Positions 1 through 9,777 of a DNA stretch of 64,000 bases are shown piece by piece. Made by a program: the position numbers and the translations under genes. Origin of the DNA: Negativicutes bacterium. Its GTDB lineage: Bacteria; Bacillota; Negativicutes; UBA1444. How positions within the stretch are numbered: position 1 is the stretch's first letter; each line of letters opens with the position of its first letter. The stretch covers positions 693,141 through 757,140 of the forward strand of contig CAXXIN010000007.1 in the NCBI GenBank assembly GCA_963665275.2. Reading direction: 5' to 3'. The notes beneath the pieces were generated by a model that saw only the letters and a program-made list of their open reading frames with translations, did no database searches and was not told the DNA's origin.

Positions 1-789
1 CGCGACGTTGCAAGGAAGAACTGGACAATCATTGACATATATGCCAGTCAGTACTCCCGCTTCAATCCGGAAGTCCGTCACTGTTTGCCCGAATCGAACC
101 TCGCCTCCCAACGATTCGATCTGCTGCCGAATGTTTTTCACAACCTGCCGCAGACGATCGGTTCCGATATGAGGTTTATACCAATATCTAATTTCAGGCG
201 GCGCGCCAGCATCAACGAGAGTATTCAATACCTCATTCATCAGTCGGTCATGAACCCGTGTCGTCAGCTTGCCATCCGAAAAAGTCCCGGCGCCACCTGC
301 ACCAAACTGAACATTGGAGGTTTCATCCAAGATCCCTTTGTCCCAAAACTTCTGTACAGCCAACTGGCGTTGTTCAACGTCCGGACCCCTCTCAAGCACC
401 AGTGGCCGATACCCGCGCTGTGCGAGTGCGAGCGCGGCAAACATACCGGCGGGCCCAAAGCCGATCACCACCGGTCTTTCCGCCAGCAGTCGGGTTCCTG
501 TTTCAAATTCTGGCGGAGGTGATTGCTCCACTATGACGATATTTTTATCCTCACTCCAGTGTTGCTCCCATTTTTTCCCCGCATCCGGCACTTCGGTTTC
601 AATAGTGTATACAAATGAAATCTTATCTTCGCGGCGGGCATCCAGTGCCTGCCTTACGATCCGGAAATTTTTCAACTGTTGGCGCCCGATGCGCAAACGT
701 GCAGAAACAAGGGTCTCCAGTGAAACTTTATCATCTATGGACACCCTTAAATTAGCCAAGCGCAAAATCTGAGGTACCTGTTTATTCAT
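1..789 (-). CDS. NAD(P)/FAD-dependent oxidoreductase (3' end runs off the window)
   Basis: Manual translation from ATG at 789: MNKQVPQILR...VVIGFGPAGMFAALALA...GAGGAGTFSDGKL...KPHIGTD. Has a Rossmann GxGxxG motif. Not in the ORF track because the stop lies outside the window. Confidence 0.85.
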   Translation of the reverse strand, partial: MNKQVPQILRLANLRVSIDDKVSLETLVSARLRIGRQQLKNFRIVRQALDARREDKISFVYTIETEVPDAGKKWEQHWSEDKNIVIVEQSPPPEFETGTRLLAERPVVIGFGPAGMFAALALAQRGYRPLVLERGPDVEQRQLAVQKFWDKGILDETSNVQFGAGGAGTFSDGKLTTRVHDRLMNEVLNTLVDAGAPPEIRYWYKPHIGTDRLRQVVKNIRQQIESLGGEVRFGQTVTDFRIEAGVLTGIYVNDCPVLPCNVA

Positions 790-790
790 T

Positions 791-1711
791 TCAAGGCCCT
801 TGCCCAACAGTGATCCGCACCATTACGGTCTTGCGGTCAGCCGTCACACCCGATGGGAGTTGGAGGGGAACTTCCCTGGTAACATCTTTTGTTACCCCTG
901 TCAAAGATACCGGTTCAGTCACGACGGCAGTAATTTTATCCAGTGCGTCTTTTGGACCCTTCAATTCAATCTTCAATGGCTCAGTAAATACCTTGCGCAA
1001 GAGAACCCCATCCGGCAAGTTGCCGATCAGAACAGTTTTGATATCAACAGTTTTTATAACAGCCCCCGACTCCAAGTTTCCAGACACGGTAACCTGTGAT
1101 GGTTCCACCGTCAGGCTCTTCATTTCCGCTCCATTAGGTCCCAGTAAAACAAGTTTTGATGTAATGGAAAAAGCCGGCGTCTGTTCACGTATTTCCAGTG
1201 GCGCTACAACTTTATCTATTGAATCCAAAACACTCTGTGGGCCGGTAATAGTTGTCACTGCAGGTTTCACTTCCACCTTGCCAATCACCATCTGTGATGC
1301 GATCGGTCCCGACAAACGAGGCAGAATCGAGAATTGACGGGATCGGACTGCCTCTATCTTGACGGTAACCTTATCAGGCGTCACTTCAACCAGCTCATAC
1401 CCGCCTGGTAAAGCTACCGCCACTGGCAGATTATATTGTCCAGTCGCCATTCCCTTCAAGTCAACCGTAGCGCGGAATTCTTTGACAGCCGCTCCGGCAA
1501 TCGCATTGCGAAGGCCGCGCACCTTGACCCTGACCGTTTCCGGCGCCTCCATAACGACCATTTTCTCCGAAAGATTCCTTGTGCTCAGCGCAACTTGAAA
1601 GGTCCCTTCAACCGGTGGATTTTGTTCGTTCATGACAAAAGTCCAAACGATCAGGGCCACTAAAACCGCCAGCAGTTTAGGGAGCAGATTCCTGCCCAAA
1701 AAATAGTTCAT
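791..1711 (-). CDS. cdaR: CdaR/YbbR-like regulator of diadenylate cyclase
   Basis: N-terminal TM helix, repeated YbbR-type beta domains, overlaps the cdaA stop. Confidence 0.85.
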   Translation of the reverse strand: MNYFLGRNLLPKLLAVLVALIVWTFVMNEQNPPVEGTFQVALSTRNLSEKMVVMEAPETVRVKVRGLRNAIAGAAVKEFRATVDLKGMATGQYNLPVAVALPGGYELVEVTPDKVTVKIEAVRSRQFSILPRLSGPIASQMVIGKVEVKPAVTTITGPQSVLDSIDKVVAPLEIREQTPAFSITSKLVLLGPNGAEMKSLTVEPSQVTVSGNLESGAVIKTVDIKTVLIGNLPDGVLLRKVFTEPLKIELKGPKDALDKITAVVTEPVSLTGVTKDVTREVPLQLPSGVTADRKTVMVRITVGQGP

Positions 1712-2529
1712 TGCCGGCCATTCCTCCGATTGATATAATCACTCAGCCCCTGAGTCTTTGTCGAAAATAATTCTTCAAGCCGGGACTGCAGGGAGGTGAA
1801 ATCCAGACGTCGTTCCAGTCGACCCCCGAGAGCAATGGAAATCAAACCGGTTTCTTCACTAACCACGATGACGATCGAGTCCGATTGTTCGCTAAGTCCA
1901 ATAGCAGCGCGATGGCGCGTTCCCAATTCCTTGTCCAGTCCAGACCTTTCCGTCAACGGCAATAAGCAGCCCGCTGCCACCACCCGGTTTCCCCTGATGA
2001 TCAGGGCTCCATCGTGCAGCGGCGTATTGGGCACAAAACAGTTGAGCAGCAATTCACTGGACACCAGTCCGTCGATACGGATTCCGCTTTCCACATAATC
2101 ATTCAACCCTGTTTCTCGTTCCACAACGATCAGTGCCCCGGTCTTGGTTTTGGACAAGGTCACAGCCGTTTTGGCCAGATCGCGAAACAATTGTGTCATT
2201 TCTTCTTCATTCAATCGTTTAGACTTGCCAAAAAAACGGCCCCTGCCGATATGTTCAAGTGCGCGCCTAAGTTCCGGCTGAAAAACGACCGGCAACGCAA
2301 CCGCCACAACGGTCAGAGTCTTCCCCAGCAACCAATATAGCGCGTTCAAGTGGAGCCAGTTGCTGATCAGAGCCATCACCAGCACAACAAGCAGGCCCTT
2401 GAGCAAAGTCACAGCTCGGGTATCTTTGATCAATGCATATAGTTTGTATAGAACGAACGCCACGATCAAAACGTCGAGCAGATCGATCAGCCCAAAAGGC
2501 GGTATGAAGTTTCGAAACTGCTGGTCCAT
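1708..2529 (-). CDS. cdaA: diadenylate cyclase CdaA
   Basis: 3 N-terminal TM helices, DAC motifs PLHDGA and GTRHRAA. Confidence 0.95.
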   Translation of the reverse strand: MDQQFRNFIPPFGLIDLLDVLIVAFVLYKLYALIKDTRAVTLLKGLLVVLVMALISNWLHLNALYWLLGKTLTVVAVALPVVFQPELRRALEHIGRGRFFGKSKRLNEEEMTQLFRDLAKTAVTLSKTKTGALIVVERETGLNDYVESGIRIDGLVSSELLLNCFVPNTPLHDGALIIRGNRVVAAGCLLPLTERSGLDKELGTRHRAAIGLSEQSDSIVIVVSEETGLISIALGGRLERRLDFTSLQSRLEELFSTKTQGLSDYINRRNGRQ

Positions 2530-2582
2530 TTTGCGTACACCCCATTATGAAGAATGTCCCGTTGGTTCGTTGTGGTATTAAT

Positions 2583-2610
2583 ATTCGCCCTGCACCCTGC
2601 AAAACCCTTT
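2583..2610 (-). promoter_or_regulatory. putative SigH-type promoter upstream of cdaA
   Basis: AAAGGGTTT...GGCGAAT (AGGG-N18-GAAT), resembling the SigH consensus AGGA-N17/18-GAAT. Confidence 0.45.
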
Positions 2611-2631
2611 GTTCTTTCGCAGACATAACGA

Positions 2632-2657
2632 AAGCCTCCCGCAGCTGCGGGAGGCTT
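2632..2657 (-). terminator. hairpin terminator after ilvE
   Basis: aagcctcccgca-gc-tgcgggaggctt inverted repeat just past the stop. Confidence 0.7.
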
Positions 2658-2671
2658 GAAACCCCTTATGA

Positions 2672-3745
2672 TCAGAGTTTCGTAACCGTATTGACCCAGC
2701 CGTGATTGTCCGGCAGAGTCCCGTACTGTATCCCGGCAATTTCATCGAAGAATTTTTGTGCAGTTGGACCAGTCTTATTATTATTGATAATGAGTTTTTT
2801 GTTTTTCCATGAAAGTTCGCCGACAGGAGAAATGACGGCAGCCGTCCCTGATGCGAACACTTCCTGCAGTGTCCCGTTCTCATGAGCAGCGAATACTTCA
2901 TCAATGGAAATCTGCCGTTCCGATACCTTCATGCCCCATGCGCGGGCAAGCTCCAAGACGGTGCGACGGGTAATTCCCCCAAGAATGCTGCCGTTTAGCG
3001 CCGGTGTAATCAGTTCGTCGTTGATTTTGAAAAAGATGTTGCTGGTGCCAACTTCCTCGATATACTTACGTTCAACACCATCCAGCCAGAGAACCTGAGA
3101 ATATCCATCGTGCTTGGCCTCGATCTGGGCACGGAGACTTGCCGCATAATTTGCCGGAGTCTTGGCTTCACCAATGCCGCCCGGAACTGCACGCACGTAT
3201 TTGTCTTCCACTCGGATCCCCACTGGATTAAATCCTTCCGCATAGTAGGTACCAGAGGGAGACAAAATAATGAACAGTTTAAAAGTATTGGAGCATCTCA
3301 CGCCAACAAACGGATCGGTGGCAATGATGAATGGACGAATATAGATGGATGTACCCAATTTACCGGGTAAAAACCGTTTATCCACTTCCAGTAGTTTGAA
3401 TAATCCGGCCTGGACCTGATCCACATCAGTGTTCGGAATACAGAGAATATCCGCAGAACGGTTGAACCGCTGCAGATAGTCCCGGATGCGGAATACCACC
3501 AGTCTGTCATCATGAGTCTTGAAGGCTTTGATTCCTTCAAAGATAGCCTGTCCATAATGCAGAACCATTGCGGATGGAAAGAGGTTGATTTCTTCGTACG
3601 GAACAATCCGTGGTGAATGCCACCCCTTATCCGTTTCGTAGTCCATCACGAACATGTGGTCGGTGAAATACGTGCCAAACCCTAGTTTTTCCTCATCGGG
3701 CATGGTACCCGGCCTGGTTGTTTTTTGGATGCTGATTTCTGTCAT
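2672..3745 (-). CDS. ilvE: branched-chain amino acid aminotransferase
   Basis: LGFG..FTDHMF, LHYGQAIFEGIKA, EAKTPANYA, LGGITR, GTAAVISPV; start placed at MTEISI. Confidence 0.95.
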   Translation of the reverse strand: MTEISIQKTTRPGTMPDEEKLGFGTYFTDHMFVMDYETDKGWHSPRIVPYEEINLFPSAMVLHYGQAIFEGIKAFKTHDDRLVVFRIRDYLQRFNRSADILCIPNTDVDQVQAGLFKLLEVDKRFLPGKLGTSIYIRPFIIATDPFVGVRCSNTFKLFIILSPSGTYYAEGFNPVGIRVEDKYVRAVPGGIGEAKTPANYAASLRAQIEAKHDGYSQVLWLDGVERKYIEEVGTSNIFFKINDELITPALNGSILGGITRRTVLELARAWGMKVSERQISIDEVFAAHENGTLQEVFASGTAAVISPVGELSWKNKKLIINNNKTGPTAQKFFDEIAGIQYGTLPDNHGWVNTVTKL

Positions 3746-3907
3746 ACCGTTACCCCCCACTACCGCTTTCTTTTTATTGTGCGTAGGAATATCCTACTAA
3801 AGCCTAATTTTGTGAAACTCCCGAACATTTTGGAAAATTAGAATATGGCCCCAACAATCCAGTACGATTGCAGCTGCTTTGCAGGCGAAATACTGCTGTT
3901 TGTAGAC

Positions 3908-3936
3908 ACTCTATCACTCTCGTCCACAAATGTCAA
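3908..3936 (-). promoter_or_regulatory. sigma-A promoter of ilvE
   Basis: TTGACA-N17-TAGAGT. Confidence 0.55.
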
Positions 3937-4057
3937 CCAGCTTGCATATTGTATTCTTTTTTCCTTCTTTTGTGTAACGAGTTGTTTTGCGATAACTTTT
4001 TTGACACCATATAGTCTACGGATTTTGTTGGAGAGATACGCAGCGGTGTCTGTCGGC

Positions 4058-5362
4058 TTAGTGGCCTCCTGGCATTAACGGGACCGTCGTTCCAGCTTCA
4101 GTCATTATGGTAATGGAAAAATCATCCTTGCCAATTTTTTCTCTGGCAATTCGCATTGCTTCCGCCGCATCAGCGGCTGGAATCAATCCGGCATTGCGGA
4201 CAAACTCCGCATTCTCAGGTTTAGTAACAATGATGAGAGAAATATTCTGTGCGATATAGGCAAATTTGAGGGCAATGAATCCTGGCACGGTGAAGCCTGC
4301 CCGCAGGGCGATCTCCCGATCATATTTGTCGACATATGTGAACCAGTTGCTGAAATCAGGCGGCTCTTTGATATCCCGGCATTCCAGGAAACAAATTGCA
4401 ACACCACCGGGCTTGGTCGCCATGGCGGCATTATCAATAGTTTTCGAGCCCTGATAAAGGTTGATGTCGCGCGGATATCCCCCGGCAGAAGCCAGCACCA
4501 GATCCGCCTGTTGCTGGATAGGAATTCCGTAAATCCGTTCCACTTCCTTGCAACCGGCTTCCCATGCTTTATACCAGTGCCCGGCAAAAAACTTGGTAAA
4601 CTTCCCTTGTGGATTATAGACCGCATTGAGCAGGAATGCTGGATTGAGAGCTGCCGCATGTTCAGTCATGTCTTCATGCATTTCGTTCCCATTGAGTTTA
4701 CCTGAGACGCTGTTCACATTTAATCCCTTGCCGATTTCCTTGTGCAAGGCAAAGGTATGATTTCCTTGTATGCTCTCATACGCACTGATTCCCGGCATGA
4801 CCGCCTTGCGACCGCCACCGAATCCCGCCATCAGATGATAGACGATGCCGCTGGTCAGAATCACTTTGTCGGCCTCGGCAACCCTGCGGTTTACGACAAT
4901 TGGGACTCCGCGGGAAGTTTCGCCGATTTTAACGAGGTTTTCCTTGTCAAGAGAATTGTGTTGATATACTTTGACACGGTGACAGACCTCCTCGCCGCAA
5001 ACCACGATATCTTCCGCCGCTGTATGCGGACGGTGTGCGCCAAGTGTGACTACAATGGATATATTGGCATCCTCCACGCCGGCAAAATTTAATTCATCAA
5101 GAACAACCGGTAAGAATTGGTCATGTTTGATCCAGGCTCTTGTAATATCGCCCACAGTGATGACCACTTTGTCACCCGATGATACGACTTGCGCCAGGGG
5201 CAGCGTGCCAATCGGGTTACGCAGTGTTTCCCTGACAGCGGCAGGAATATCAATAATCTCCTCGGCCGAGTTCCCCTTAACATCATAAATTACATTTTCT
5301 GCGGGAAGTTCCACTTCCATGCTTCCTTCGCCGATACGAAAACTATAACTTTTCTTGCTCAT
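4058..5362 (-). CDS. larA: LarA-family nickel-pincer-dependent racemase/epimerase
   Basis: DITR, LGAHR, YHLMAGFGGGRK, GNH, GGYPRDINLYQGSK motifs of the LarA family; substrate unknown. Confidence 0.85.
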   Translation of the reverse strand: MSKKSYSFRIGEGSMEVELPAENVIYDVKGNSAEEIIDIPAAVRETLRNPIGTLPLAQVVSSGDKVVITVGDITRAWIKHDQFLPVVLDELNFAGVEDANISIVVTLGAHRPHTAAEDIVVCGEEVCHRVKVYQHNSLDKENLVKIGETSRGVPIVVNRRVAEADKVILTSGIVYHLMAGFGGGRKAVMPGISAYESIQGNHTFALHKEIGKGLNVNSVSGKLNGNEMHEDMTEHAAALNPAFLLNAVYNPQGKFTKFFAGHWYKAWEAGCKEVERIYGIPIQQQADLVLASAGGYPRDINLYQGSKTIDNAAMATKPGGVAICFLECRDIKEPPDFSNWFTYVDKYDREIALRAGFTVPGFIALKFAYIAQNISLIIVTKPENAEFVRNAGLIPAADAAEAMRIAREKIGKDDFSITIMTEAGTTVPLMPGGH

Positions 5363-5399
5363 ATACATCCTCCTGTACGCTTATTTATTTCTTTTGGGA

Positions 5400-6689
5400 T
5401 CAATATTTTTGGTATGACAAAACTGCTGCACAGCAAGCAGCAAACAGCGCCAATCCAACCAAAAACATCAAGCCGCCGACATAGCTTCCGGAAATGCTGA
5501 TGAAAAAGCCCATGAGAACAGGTGAAAATGCCGATCCACCGTTGGAAACACCGTTCATCATGCCAGCGCCGGCGCCAATCGCCTTACCGGGAACGATCTG
5601 TTGCACCAGCGCCCACGCCGGAGCAATGCCAAGACCAATGGAAGCAATACCAAAAGAAATCAGTACAGCCGCTGTTGTATTGTCCGGGGCATATGCGCCA
5701 AAATAAATTCCTGCAGCGGCGCCGAGCATTGAGACGATGCAGATTGGAGCCCGCCGGCCCATCTTGTCCGATATATATCCCGATGCCAGCACGCTGGCGA
5801 TGCCAAGTACATAGGGAAGGGATGCAAAGGCGCCCATGGCGGCCCAGGAAAATCCACGGGCCACTTTGAGATAAGAGGGTAACCAGGCCATTGTACCCCA
5901 GAATATTGAGGCCAGACAGAAATAGTAAAGGGTCACCATCCAGAAGCGATAGTTAAAAATAAAAACCTTCATACTTTCCCAAACCGTAGTGTGCCCAGCC
6001 AGCGCTTCCATCTCTTTTTCGGACTTCTGTCCTTCTTCAATCAGGTCACGTTCGGCCTTGTTCACACCTTTGTGCTCACGCGGGAAGTCCGTCGTAAAGA
6101 ACCACAATAATATCAACGGGATCAAGCCAAATGCTACCAGAATGAAAAAGCTCATACGCCAGCCATAGGACTGGATGGCCCAAGTCAGAAAAGGCATGGC
6201 AATCGCCGGCCCTGCCATCAGTCCAACTACCCACACCGCATTGGCTTTGCCTCGCTCATGTGGTGGAAACCAGTTTTTAACATATTTACTTTGCATCGGC
6301 CAATGCATCCCTTCGCCAATCCCTAGGATCACCCGCGCCGCCAACATGATGGTAAAGGTTGAGGCAATGCCGCCGACAACAAGAGAAATACCCCATAAAA
6401 GAATAGATAAAGACATCGCTTTTCGTGGTCCCAGAATATCTCCAAGCGGACTGAGAAAAACGTTAGAAAGTCCGTAAAAAATCAAAAACACAGTCATGAG
6501 CAAGCCCATTTGCATCGGCTGTCCTTTGATTCCCATTTCCGTAAGGAATGTATTATCGGCCAAAAGAACAGAAACATTTACCCGGTCTAGGTAGGCAATC
6601 AGCAAAGTCACCAATAAAATTAGAACAAGAATTACCCGCTGTCTCGTCGGCTTCATTTCATCCACACCAATTGTCCCCTTTCCCTCCAT
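5400..6689 (-). CDS. MFS transporter (anion:cation symporter-like)
   Basis: About 12 TM helices, YLDRVN, GIGEG..WP, WFPPHERGKAN. Confidence 0.9.
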   Translation of the reverse strand: MEGKGTIGVDEMKPTRQRVILVLILLVTLLIAYLDRVNVSVLLADNTFLTEMGIKGQPMQMGLLMTVFLIFYGLSNVFLSPLGDILGPRKAMSLSILLWGISLVVGGIASTFTIMLAARVILGIGEGMHWPMQSKYVKNWFPPHERGKANAVWVVGLMAGPAIAMPFLTWAIQSYGWRMSFFILVAFGLIPLILLWFFTTDFPREHKGVNKAERDLIEEGQKSEKEMEALAGHTTVWESMKVFIFNYRFWMVTLYYFCLASIFWGTMAWLPSYLKVARGFSWAAMGAFASLPYVLGIASVLASGYISDKMGRRAPICIVSMLGAAAGIYFGAYAPDNTTAAVLISFGIASIGLGIAPAWALVQQIVPGKAIGAGAGMMNGVSNGGSAFSPVLMGFFISISGSYVGGLMFLVGLALFAACCAAVLSYQKY

Positions 6690-6849
6690 GAATTTACGTT
6701 CCCCCGAAATTTAGTTAAGTAGCTGAAAGATATGTGTTGTATACAAAATACTTATGAATGCAAAAAAATTATAGCTCCCATCGATCAGCCAACTCCCCTA
6801 TCAACCCCTTCACTCAAGCGCACCCTATCCAGCGTATAGATTGTACGTT

Positions 6850-6878
6850 ATTCTATCGATTATCCACGGTTTTGTCAA
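6850..6878 (-). promoter_or_regulatory. sigma-A promoter of the MFS-larA unit
   Basis: TTGACA-N17-TAGAAT. Confidence 0.65.
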
Positions 6879-7006
6879 CATTATGTAACAATATTATGTA
6901 GCACGCAGTCTGAATGTGCAAAAATTCGCAACTAAACTTTGCTTTTTATTATCGCCCCCCATGTTCCAGACTGATGGTTCTTTACATGAAGATTATTTCA
7001 AAACAC

Positions 7007-7046
7007 AAACCCCGCAGATGTTGAATTCTCAACACCTGCGGGGTTT
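7007..7046 (-). terminator. terminator after argH
   Basis: aaaccccgcag.tgttga/tcaaca.ctgcggggttt inverted repeat. Confidence 0.7.
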
Positions 7047-7091
7047 TCGCCGTCGCAAACGCAGATTTTTTTATTGGATCAGTGTTCCAGG

Positions 7092-8511
7092 CTAAAGATC
7101 ATTTTGTTTTTCATACAAGCAGCACGTCATCTGCTGCGACTGCAGAATCTTGTAGCAGGAAGCAAGAGCCTGTTTGACTTGGGCGGTGGAGGTTCCCCCC
7201 TCTGAATTCCGTGCTTCAATACAGGTTTCGATACGCAACGCTTCCAGAATATCGGGCCCAAACAATGAGCACATTGCCTGCAGCTCCGGCAGGGGCAACT
7301 CCGTTAGACTGCGCTCGGTTTCGATAGCTATACGCACCGCTCGTCCCACTACGGCATGGGCTTCGCGGAAAGGCAATCCTTTGCGCACCAGATAATCGGC
7401 CATGTCCGTTGCATTGGAATAATCATCGTCCAGAACTTGGCGCATTCGATCTGCATTAACCTTCATACCCTTCAACATCGAGGCATAAACCGAAAGGCTG
7501 AATTTCAGGGTGTCGATCGTATCGAACACACCTTCCTTGTCTTCCTGCAAATCTTTGTTGTAAGTCATGGGCAATCCTTTGAGAATCGTCAACATAGCCA
7601 TCAGATGACCCACCACACGGCCGGTTTTTCCTCTCACCAGTTCGCAAACATCAGGGTTTTTCTTTTGCGGCATGATGCTGGATCCGGTGCAGTGTGCATC
7701 ATCGAGTTCGATGAAGGCGAATTCGGTGGAAGACCACAGGATCAGCTCTTCGCTGAGCCGGGAAAGATGAACCATTAAAATCGAAGCAAAAGACAGGAAT
7801 TCCAGGATATAATCCCGATCGCTCACTGCATCCATACTGTTGGCCATAGATACGAGAAAACTTTAATTCATCGGCGACCATGCGACGGTCGATGGGAAAG
7901 GTAGTACCTGCCAAGGCGCCGGCGCCGAGAGGCATGATGTCTGTACGCTCCCACACTCCCCGCAATCGGTCAAAATCCCGCGACAGCATGTGAAAATAGG
8001 CTAGCAAATGGTGGGAGAACAGCACTGGCTGCGCCCGCTGCAAATGAGTATATCCTGGCAGAATAACGTCGATGTTGATTTCGGCCACTTCAAGCAGTGC
8101 GCTTTCCATGGAATGAAGGAGCGAAGCAATCGATTGGATAGCCGATTTCATATACATGTGAGTGTCAAGCGCCACCTGATCGTTGCGGCTGCGGGCGGTG
8201 TGCAGCTTGCCGCCTACCGGTCCGATCCGCTCCGTAAGGCGTTTTTCAATATTCATGTGAATATCTTCAAGGGCAATTTCAAAAGTGAAGTTTCCGGCTT
8301 CGATATCCGCCAGGATGGATGCCAATCCGGCAATAATGGTGTCGGTTTCCATCTGAGTCAAAATCCCACAGCGTCCGAGCATGCGGGCATGCGCCATGCT
8401 ACCAAGAATATCTTGCCGGTACATCCGTTGGTCAAAGGAAATGGAGGAGGTGAACTCCTCCACACTCGCGTCGGTGTCCCGGGTAAACCGGCCACCCCAC
8501 AGTTTCGTCAC
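7092..8511 (-). CDS. argH: argininosuccinate lyase, split by a 1-nt insertion near 7844 (sequence error or pseudogene)
   Basis: N-half KLWGGRF, ARSRNDQ, GYTHLQ; C-half [12 protein letters not shown]. Removing one base (TATGGCCAAC to TATGCCAAC) restores [13 protein letters not shown]. Confidence 0.9.
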
Positions 8512-9740
8512 TTCTTCTTCGCCTCTTTCTGCATCATCAGCGCCCGAATTTTGAGCGGCAGACCAAACAGATTAATGAAGCCTTCGGCATCTTTCTGATT
8601 GTAAACTTCGTCCCGTCCAAAGGTAACGAACCCTTCGCTATAGAGGGAATATGGTGATTTCGCGCCAGCGCTCATGATATTGCCTTTATAAAGTTTGACA
8701 CGCACGGTGCCTGTCACCGTCTGCTGCGTCTCGTTCACAAAAGCATCCAAGGCTTCACGCAGCGGAGCAAACCACATTCCGTCATAAACCAGTTCAGCAT
8801 AGCGAACAGCCATTTGTTCCTTGTAGTGTAGCGTTGCGCGGTCCAGCGTGAGGGCTTCCAGCTCCCTGTGGGCGTAGAAGAGGATCGATCCACCGGGAGT
8901 TTCGTAAACACCGCGGGATTTCATCCCTACGAGTCGATTTTCGACCAGGTCGGCAATTCCGACGCCATGTTTAGCGCCCAGTTCGTTAAGTTTGGTTACC
9001 AACTCCAACGGTTTAAGGGTTTTGCCGTCGATGGAAACAGGGATCCCTTTTTCAAATCCAATTTCCACATATTCCGCCTTATCAGGAGCCGTCTCCGGTG
9101 TTTTGGAAATCATGCAGAGATCCGGTTTGGGCTCATTCCAGGGATCTTCGAGATCGGCGCCTTCGTGGCTCAGATGCCAGAGGTTTTCATCCATGCTGTA
9201 CGGACGGGCTTTGGTGACCGGAATGGGAATACCGCGTTGTTCCGCATAATCGATGGCATCTTCACGAGACCGAATATCCCACATCCGCCAAGGCGCAATG
9301 ATTTTCAGATGAGGAGCAAGGGCTTTGATTGTCAATTCAAAACGGACCTGATCGTTGCCTTTGCCAGTCGCGCCGTGAGCGATAGCTTCAGCGCCTTCCT
9401 GTGCTGCGACACGAGCCAGTGCCTGTGCAATGATCGGGCGCGCCATGGAGGTTCCCAAAAGATACTTCCCTTCATAGACAGCTCCAGCCTTCAATGTCGG
9501 CCAGATATAATCCGTGATGAAGGCTTCGCGCAAATCTTCCACGTATACTTTGCTGGCCCCTGTCTTAATCGCTTTGTTTTTTACAAATTCAAAATCGTCA
9601 CCCTGACCGACATCAGCACACACCGCGATGACTTCATAACCGTAATTCTCAATTAGCCAGGGAATGATGACGGATGTATCCAATCCGCCGGAATAGGCCA
9701 GTACTACTTTTTTGTTTTCAGTTGCTTGTGTTTCGCTCAT
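8508..9740 (-). CDS. argG: argininosuccinate synthase
   Basis: [33 protein letters not shown]. Confidence 0.97.
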   Translation of the reverse strand: MSETQATENKKVVLAYSGGLDTSVIIPWLIENYGYEVIAVCADVGQGDDFEFVKNKAIKTGASKVYVEDLREAFITDYIWPTLKAGAVYEGKYLLGTSMARPIIAQALARVAAQEGAEAIAHGATGKGNDQVRFELTIKALAPHLKIIAPWRMWDIRSREDAIDYAEQRGIPIPVTKARPYSMDENLWHLSHEGADLEDPWNEPKPDLCMISKTPETAPDKAEYVEIGFEKGIPVSIDGKTLKPLELVTKLNELGAKHGVGIADLVENRLVGMKSRGVYETPGGSILFYAHRELEALTLDRATLHYKEQMAVRYAELVYDGMWFAPLREALDAFVNETQQTVTGTVRVKLYKGNIMSAGAKSPYSLYSEGFVTFGRDEVYNQKDAEGFINLFGLPLKIRALMMQKEAKKK

Positions 9741-9777
9741 AATTATTTCCCTCCAAAAAATCTATTATTCTTATATT

